64,000 nucleotides of DNA from Deltaproteobacteria bacterium (GTDB lineage Bacteria; Desulfobacterota; Binatia; UBA12015): positions 19,257 through 83,256 of the forward strand of contig JAJCZO010000264.1 of the NCBI GenBank assembly GCA_029262355.1, written 5' to 3'. This document shows, in pieces, positions 60,104 to 64,000 of this stretch. The position numbers were made by a program, and so were the translations under genes. How positions within the stretch are numbered: position 1 is the stretch's first letter; each line of letters starts with the position of its first letter. The notes below the pieces were generated by a model. That model saw only the letters and a program-made list of their open reading frames with translations. It ran no database searches and was not told where the DNA came from.

Positions 60104-61161
60104 CAGCACTCGGGGAGAATGCCATGTCCGTCGTGGAACGGACCGCGGTCGAGGTAGAGGCCGCGTTGGGCGGCCAACGAGAGCGCGCGTTCGACCGAGA
60201 TCACGTTTGGGCCGGCGCGCTCGATGCGCAAGACGACCTCTTCGTCCGGTCCGAGTTCGATCTCGCGGTCGCCGTCGAAGGCGAGGATACCAGGCCCGCA
60301 AAGCGGAATCGGCTCGCCGAGCGCGACTCGTCGAGCACCCGCGACGTGCACGGTTCGGTAGAGGCCGGGCGAGATCGGGACGAGTAGCGGACGACCGCCG
60401 CCTTCGTGTGCCGTGCACGTCACCACGACGCCGAAATCGTCGTCTTCGCCCGCAGGCTCGAGCAAGCCGCCAATCGGCGAGAGTCCGACCGCGGCGGGCT
60501 CGGCGCGCGCCAATACGACCGACCGAATCTTCGCGGGCTCGACGGGCATCAGGTTGCCGATGATGTCGTCGACGAAGAGCCCGACGTCGATCAACGCGAT
60601 GTCTTGGCTGCCGTCGGCGCGGCGTAGGCGGATCTGCTTCGCCTTGCTCGCGACCTCGGCGCCGTCGAGTCGCCCCGCGGCCACGAGCCCCGCCGCGGCT
60701 CCGGCAAGGGTGGCTTCGATCATGCGGGGAAAGACGTTGTTCGTGCCGGTCGAGACAGGGACGAGGAAGGCCTCGGGCCAGGCGCGGGCCACGATTCGGT
60801 TGGTGCCGTCCCCGCCGAGCACGACGAGCGAGCCGCAGCCGGCGGCGCGCATCGCCTCGGTCGCGCGGCGGGTGTCGTCTGCGTTGTGTTGCGCACCGAC
60901 ATCGAGCACTTCTACGTCCAGCTCGAGCGACAGGTTCTCGAGCGCGGCGACCGCCACCCGAAGAGGATCGCGCGCGATGAAGACCTTCTCGATCCCCGCG
61001 GCGCGGGCCCCGACGGCGACCCGGGTGACCTGGTTCCGCTTGCTCTCCAGCGTGGACGACGATGCCCGAGCCGCGAGTCGGCGTACGTCTCCACCCGCAC
61101 GCGGGTTCGCGAGAATTCCCACTGCGCCGCGGAGCGTCACGTCGTTCGAGTCGGCCTGCAC
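60100..61161 (-). CDS. ATP-NAD kinase-family protein (AcoX-like)
   Basis: 'GSLVVLGGDGTNRIV' (GGDGT) and 'PVSTGTNNVF'. Confidence 0.72.
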   Translation of the reverse strand: MQADSNDVTLRGAVGILANPRAGGDVRRLAARASSSTLESKRNQVTRVAVGARAAGIEKVFIARDPLRVAVAALENLSLELDVEVLDVGAQHNADDTRRATEAMRAAGCGSLVVLGGDGTNRIVARAWPEAFLVPVSTGTNNVFPRMIEATLAGAAAGLVAAGRLDGAEVASKAKQIRLRRADGSQDIALIDVGLFVDDIIGNLMPVEPAKIRSVVLARAEPAAVGLSPIGGLLEPAGEDDDFGVVVTCTAHEGGGRPLLVPISPGLYRTVHVAGARRVALGEPIPLCGPGILAFDGDREIELGPDEEVVLRIERAGPNVISVERALSLAAQRGLYLDRGPFHDGHGILPECC

Positions 61162-61229
61162 CCTGGGTTTTCTAACCCACGGGTGTGGGTGGCGCTTGCT
61201 TGGGCTCGTCCCGTAGGGAATAGGGCGTC

Positions 61230-61751
61230 ATGCTCAATCGATTCTTTGCGATCCTGACGTTGTCGTTGGCGCTGCTCGTTGCGGTGGGCGCCTCGGCGCA
61301 AGAGGCTCCGAGCCCGGCGGAGGCTGCCGCGGAGGCCGCCGCTGCCGAAGCTGCCGCCGAGGCTTCGGCCGCGCCGGGTTGTACGGCACCGAGCGCCGAG
61401 GGCTGCGCGACGTGCTGTCGACCGCTGGCCAATGGCATGTGCACCCAGCTGAGCTGGACCGGTGGCGCCGACAGCGAGGCCGTGCCCTGGTACAATGCAC
61501 AGAAAGCTCTCGGCAAGGCGTGCCCGCCAGACTGCCGAAAGTGCGCGCAATGCCTGGAGCGCGATCGGGACACGCTCGCGAAGATGAAGCGGCCCGAAGG
61601 GTGCGCATGTGACCCGCACAAGAAGGTCGTGGACCCCTGTCATTCGCCCATGAGCTGTGCTTGCTTCTGCAGCCGATACGAGCGCCTGGCCGCGAAGTGC
61701 GTCGACGGCGGCATGGACGACGACGACTCATCCTCCGAAGAAGAGGACTAG
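61230..61751 (+). CDS. secreted cysteine-rich protein (16 Cys) with Ala/Glu linker and acidic tail
   Basis: The signal peptide is 'MLNRFFAILTLSLALLVAVGASA|QE' and the linker is 'AEAAAEAAAAEAAAEASAA'. Cys clusters include 'CATCC', 'CPPDCRKCAQC' and 'CACDPHKKVVDPCHSPMSCACFC'. The tail is 'DDDDSSSEEED'. Confidence 0.6.
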   Translation: MLNRFFAILTLSLALLVAVGASAQEAPSPAEAAAEAAAAEAAAEASAAPGCTAPSAEGCATCCRPLANGMCTQLSWTGGADSEAVPWYNAQKALGKACPPDCRKCAQCLERDRDTLAKMKRPEGCACDPHKKVVDPCHSPMSCACFCSRYERLAAKCVDGGMDDDDSSSEEED

Positions 61752-62437
61752 AGAGCCTGGCGGTCGCGGCAGAAGTCCGCGACCGTCGCTTCGTAGCCGT
61801 ACAGCTCGATCGCCTCACGCTCAGAGTCGACCACCCGGCGAAGCACGCCCGCGTTCCACCTCGGCAGGCCGCGTCGCGGCTCGCTGACATTGGCGGCGGG
61901 GACGCGCCGGAAGGCGCCGGGGTCGACTTCCGCTCCGGATTTGCGCAGAGCCGTCGGAAGGTCGTCCGCGAGTCGTTCGGCTCGTCCTACGTAGTCGCTA
62001 CCATCGACGTACCAACGGTACATCTCGCTCACGTATCCCGGCCGTTTGCGCAGAACGTTCTCGACAAATCGGTTGAAGTCGTCGTCACCGCACTCGTCGA
62101 TCGGCCTCTGGGGATGCCAGCGGCCGACCTCCCAAGGATGCCAGTCGCCGGCCATGAACTTCCACCACGACTCGTACCAGGTGACCGGATTGCGAACGAA
62201 GCAGAACTTGAACGCGTTTCGAAGCTTGCCGGGCGTGACGTCGGGGCGTGTTGGCAGGTGCTTGATGAACTGCCACCGGTGGAACTGCCAGATGTCTGAG
62301 ATGCGTTGCGGCGTCGAGTGTTTGTAGCCGATCCGACAGCGCCAGAGCTTCTGGTCGCGAAGCGCTTCGCGTACCCAGTTCCCGCCGCACTTCGGGACGT
62401 GGATGAACACGGCCCCGGTGCGTAGGAGTTCCGCCAT
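61748..62437 (-). CDS. sulfotransferase family 2-like protein
   Basis: 'AVFIHVPKCGGNWV' matches the Sulfotransfer_2 'F-x-H-[IV]-P-K-x-G-G' PAPS loop. 229 aa and Trp-rich. Confidence 0.68.
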   Translation of the reverse strand: MAELLRTGAVFIHVPKCGGNWVREALRDQKLWRCRIGYKHSTPQRISDIWQFHRWQFIKHLPTRPDVTPGKLRNAFKFCFVRNPVTWYESWWKFMAGDWHPWEVGRWHPQRPIDECGDDDFNRFVENVLRKRPGYVSEMYRWYVDGSDYVGRAERLADDLPTALRKSGAEVDPGAFRRVPAANVSEPRRGLPRWNAGVLRRVVDSEREAIELYGYEATVADFCRDRQAL

Positions 62438-62647
62438 CGGAGGCGCAACCTAGCCGTGCTCCTTGCTCGGAGCAACACGGCGTCGTGACGGCACGCCCTC
62501 GGCCGTCCCGTCAGGGGCGGCCGAACGAGCGGGTTCGCGACGTTGTCGCCTGGCGCGAGCACCTGGCGGTCGCTACCACTTGGAGAGCGCCGAGCGCGGC
62601 CGGGGCCGCGCGCGCCATGGCCGGCGGGGGCCGGACGAGGAACGACA

Positions 62648-63782
62648 ATGCTACTGACTGAGGGACGAGACCGCTTGACCAAGCTCGAGGAGCGCGTGGC
62701 TACCGTCGGGAGGTATCTTTGACGTCCCTGGTCTTCAGGCACGCGTCTCCGAACTCGACACGCTGAGCGCCAGCGAGGACCTCTGGGAGAACCAGGAGCG
62801 CGCGCAGGAGGTTCTCAAGGAGCGAGCCACGGTGAACGCGCGCCTCGACTCGTTCAATACGATCCAAGAGGGCGTCGAAGAGATCGGTGTCTACCTCGAC
62901 ATGGCCGAGGAAGGAGACGCCGAAGAGGCGCTCGGGGAGGCGGCACAACGTCTGTCCGACGTCGAGTCGCGTGTCCACGATCTCGAGTTCCAGAGGATGT
63001 TGGGCGGAGAGCACGATGCCTCCGGTGCGATCCTTACCGTGAACCCGGGCGCCGGTGGCCTCGAGGCGCAGGACTGGGCGGAGATGCTTCTTCGGATGCT
63101 TCTTCGGTGGGCGGAACGACGAGGCTTCAAGAATCAGGTCATCGAGCACACTCCGGGTGAGGGTGGCGGCATCAAGAGCAGTACGGTCTCGATCGACGGC
63201 GAGTACGCGTACGGCTATCTCCGCGCCGAGGCCGGTGTTCACCGGCTGGTGCGGATCTCTCCGTTCGACGGCCAGGCGCGCCGGCACACGTCCTTCGCGT
63301 CGGTTTTGGTCACGCCGCAGATCGAAGAAGACATCGACATCGAGATCAACGACGACGATCTACGCGTCGACACCTATCGTTCCTCGGGCGCGGGTGGTCA
63401 GCACGTGAACAAGACCGACTCGGCCGTCCGATTCACGCATATCCCGACCGGCATCGTGGTTGCCTGTCAGAACGAGCGCTCGCAGCACAAGAACCGAGCG
63501 ATGGCGATGAAGATCTTGCGGTCGCGCCTCTACGAGCTGGAGCTGCAGAAGCAGCGCGAGCACAAAGAGGAGCTCACCGGCGCCAAGCGGGATATCGATT
63601 TCGGCAGTCAGATTCGCTCGTACGTGCTCCAGCCGTACCGGATGGTCAAAGACCATCGCACGGGTCTGGAGGTGGGCAACACCGATGCCGTGCTTGATGG
63701 TGACCTCGACAAGTTCATCGAAGCCGAGCTTTTGCGCCGCGCCGGCGAGCCGCCCGAGGTCGAGGCGGAGTCGCTCGGCTAA
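62648..63782 (+). CDS. prfB: peptide chain release factor 2, requires programmed +1 frameshift (62648-62719 joined to 62721-63782)
   Basis: Frame 0 reads MLLTEGRDRLTKLEERVATVGRYL then TGA. The +1 frame continues DVPGLQARVSELDTLSASEDLWENQERAQEVLKERATVNARL... into the track ORF, which carries 'SPF' and 'GGQ' ('RSSGAGGQHVNKTDSAVR'). Confidence 0.92.
62708..62723 (+). promoter_or_regulatory. RF2 autoregulatory +1 frameshift site (internal SD-like GGGAGG, TAT, slippery CTT, TGA C)
   Basis: GGGAGGTATCTTTGAC is read directly. It has the same layout as the E. coli prfB site AGGGGGTATCTTTGAC. Confidence 0.88.
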
Positions 63783-63838
63783 GGGTGTGCGTCCCGCCGG
63801 CCGATGATGTTTCTTTCAATGGACTTTGGGGTAGTTTC

Positions 63839-64000
63839 GTGACGGACCGGATCAATCGTCGTAGTTTCCTAAAGGCGGCCGCTCTGGCCGGTGCCACGGT
63901 GGGCGCGCCGTGGTTTCCCACGCGAGCTTATGGCGAATCGCAGGTAACCGCGGACGAGGCTCTGAAGAGCCTCGTTGCCGGCAACGCACGGTACGTCGCG
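63839..64000 (+). CDS. Tat-signal protein, 5' fragment (possibly beta-carbonic-anhydrase-like); runs off the right edge
   Basis: My own translation from GTG 63839 gives VTDRINRRSFLKAAALAGATVGAPWFPTRAYGESQVTADEALKSLVAGNARYVA. 'NRRSFLK' is a twin-arginine motif, and 'L-x-x-GN-x-R-[FY]' is typical of the start of beta-CAs. Confidence 0.4.
   Translation, partial: MTDRINRRSFLKAAALAGATVGAPWFPTRAYGESQVTADEALKSLVAGNARYVA

Noticed and set aside
62453-62481. The imperfect hairpin GCCGTGCTCC-TTGCTC-GGAGCAACACGGC in the 210-nt divergent region upstream of prfB and the sulfotransferase.
   Set aside because: The stem is bulged and modest, and I recognise no known motif. This is not enough to call a regulatory element.
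1-64000. A by-eye search for tRNA/rRNA genes, CRISPR arrays, transposases/integrases, prophage genes, toxin-antitoxin pairs and known defence-system signatures.
   Set aside because: I found none by eye. The only mobile-element-like feature is the 169-bp palindrome at 5911-6079. tRNAscan/Infernal and defence-system HMM scans would be needed for a definitive negative.

Overview
High-GC (roughly two-thirds G+C by eye) bacterial chromosomal segment. It is very densely coded: about 53 CDS, and many neighbouring genes share 4-nt ATGA/GTGA start/stop overlaps or use GTG/TTG starts. I found no rRNA, tRNA, CRISPR array, transposase or integrase by eye. The housekeeping backbone is an M1 aminopeptidase, mfd, kup, ileS-lspA, alaS, phoH-ybeY and prfB with the canonical +1 frameshift site. 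Accessory envelope/glycan islands are interleaved with it. (i) 1-13.0 kb holds five SAM-methyltransferases, one with a C-terminal coiled coil (WbdD-like logic). It also holds a GT2-GT4 fusion, a GtrB-like polyprenyl-P glycosyltransferase with a GT-C-like membrane protein, and a secreted S8 peptidase followed by a small secreted paralogue of its own C-terminal domain. (ii) 37.7-46.6 kb holds two translationally coupled giant glycosyltransferases (940 and 1473 aa, five GT modules, a shared unassigned module, a coiled coil and an internal hydrophobic segment), followed by small redox/unknown genes. (iii) 50.3-55.3 kb holds GT9, a GT-C-like membrane protein, an FAD oxidoreductase and a sulfotransferase, wedged between ileS-lspA and alaS. 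A second sulfotransferase lies next to a secreted 16-Cys protein at 61.2-62.4 kb. My best candidate for an undescribed system is a methylated and possibly sulfated surface-glycan assembly machinery built around the giant multi-GT proteins; no exporter or priming enzyme is visible in the window. Other oddities are a Tat-motif aldo/keto reductase-FeS protein preceded by two TM helices and a split CxxC pair, an aminopeptidase N with a ~105-aa Lys/Ala/Pro-rich tail, a thiolase-like/DUF35 fusion that seems to lack the nucleophilic Cys, and a ~170-bp near-perfect palindromic element flanked by CTAG. Lineage cannot be assigned from sequence alone; gene content (DUF1573 lipoprotein, long-form HupE, basic AKP tails) is compatible with a Myxococcota/Deltaproteobacteria-like organism. 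All family assignments are motif recognition by eye, not database searches.
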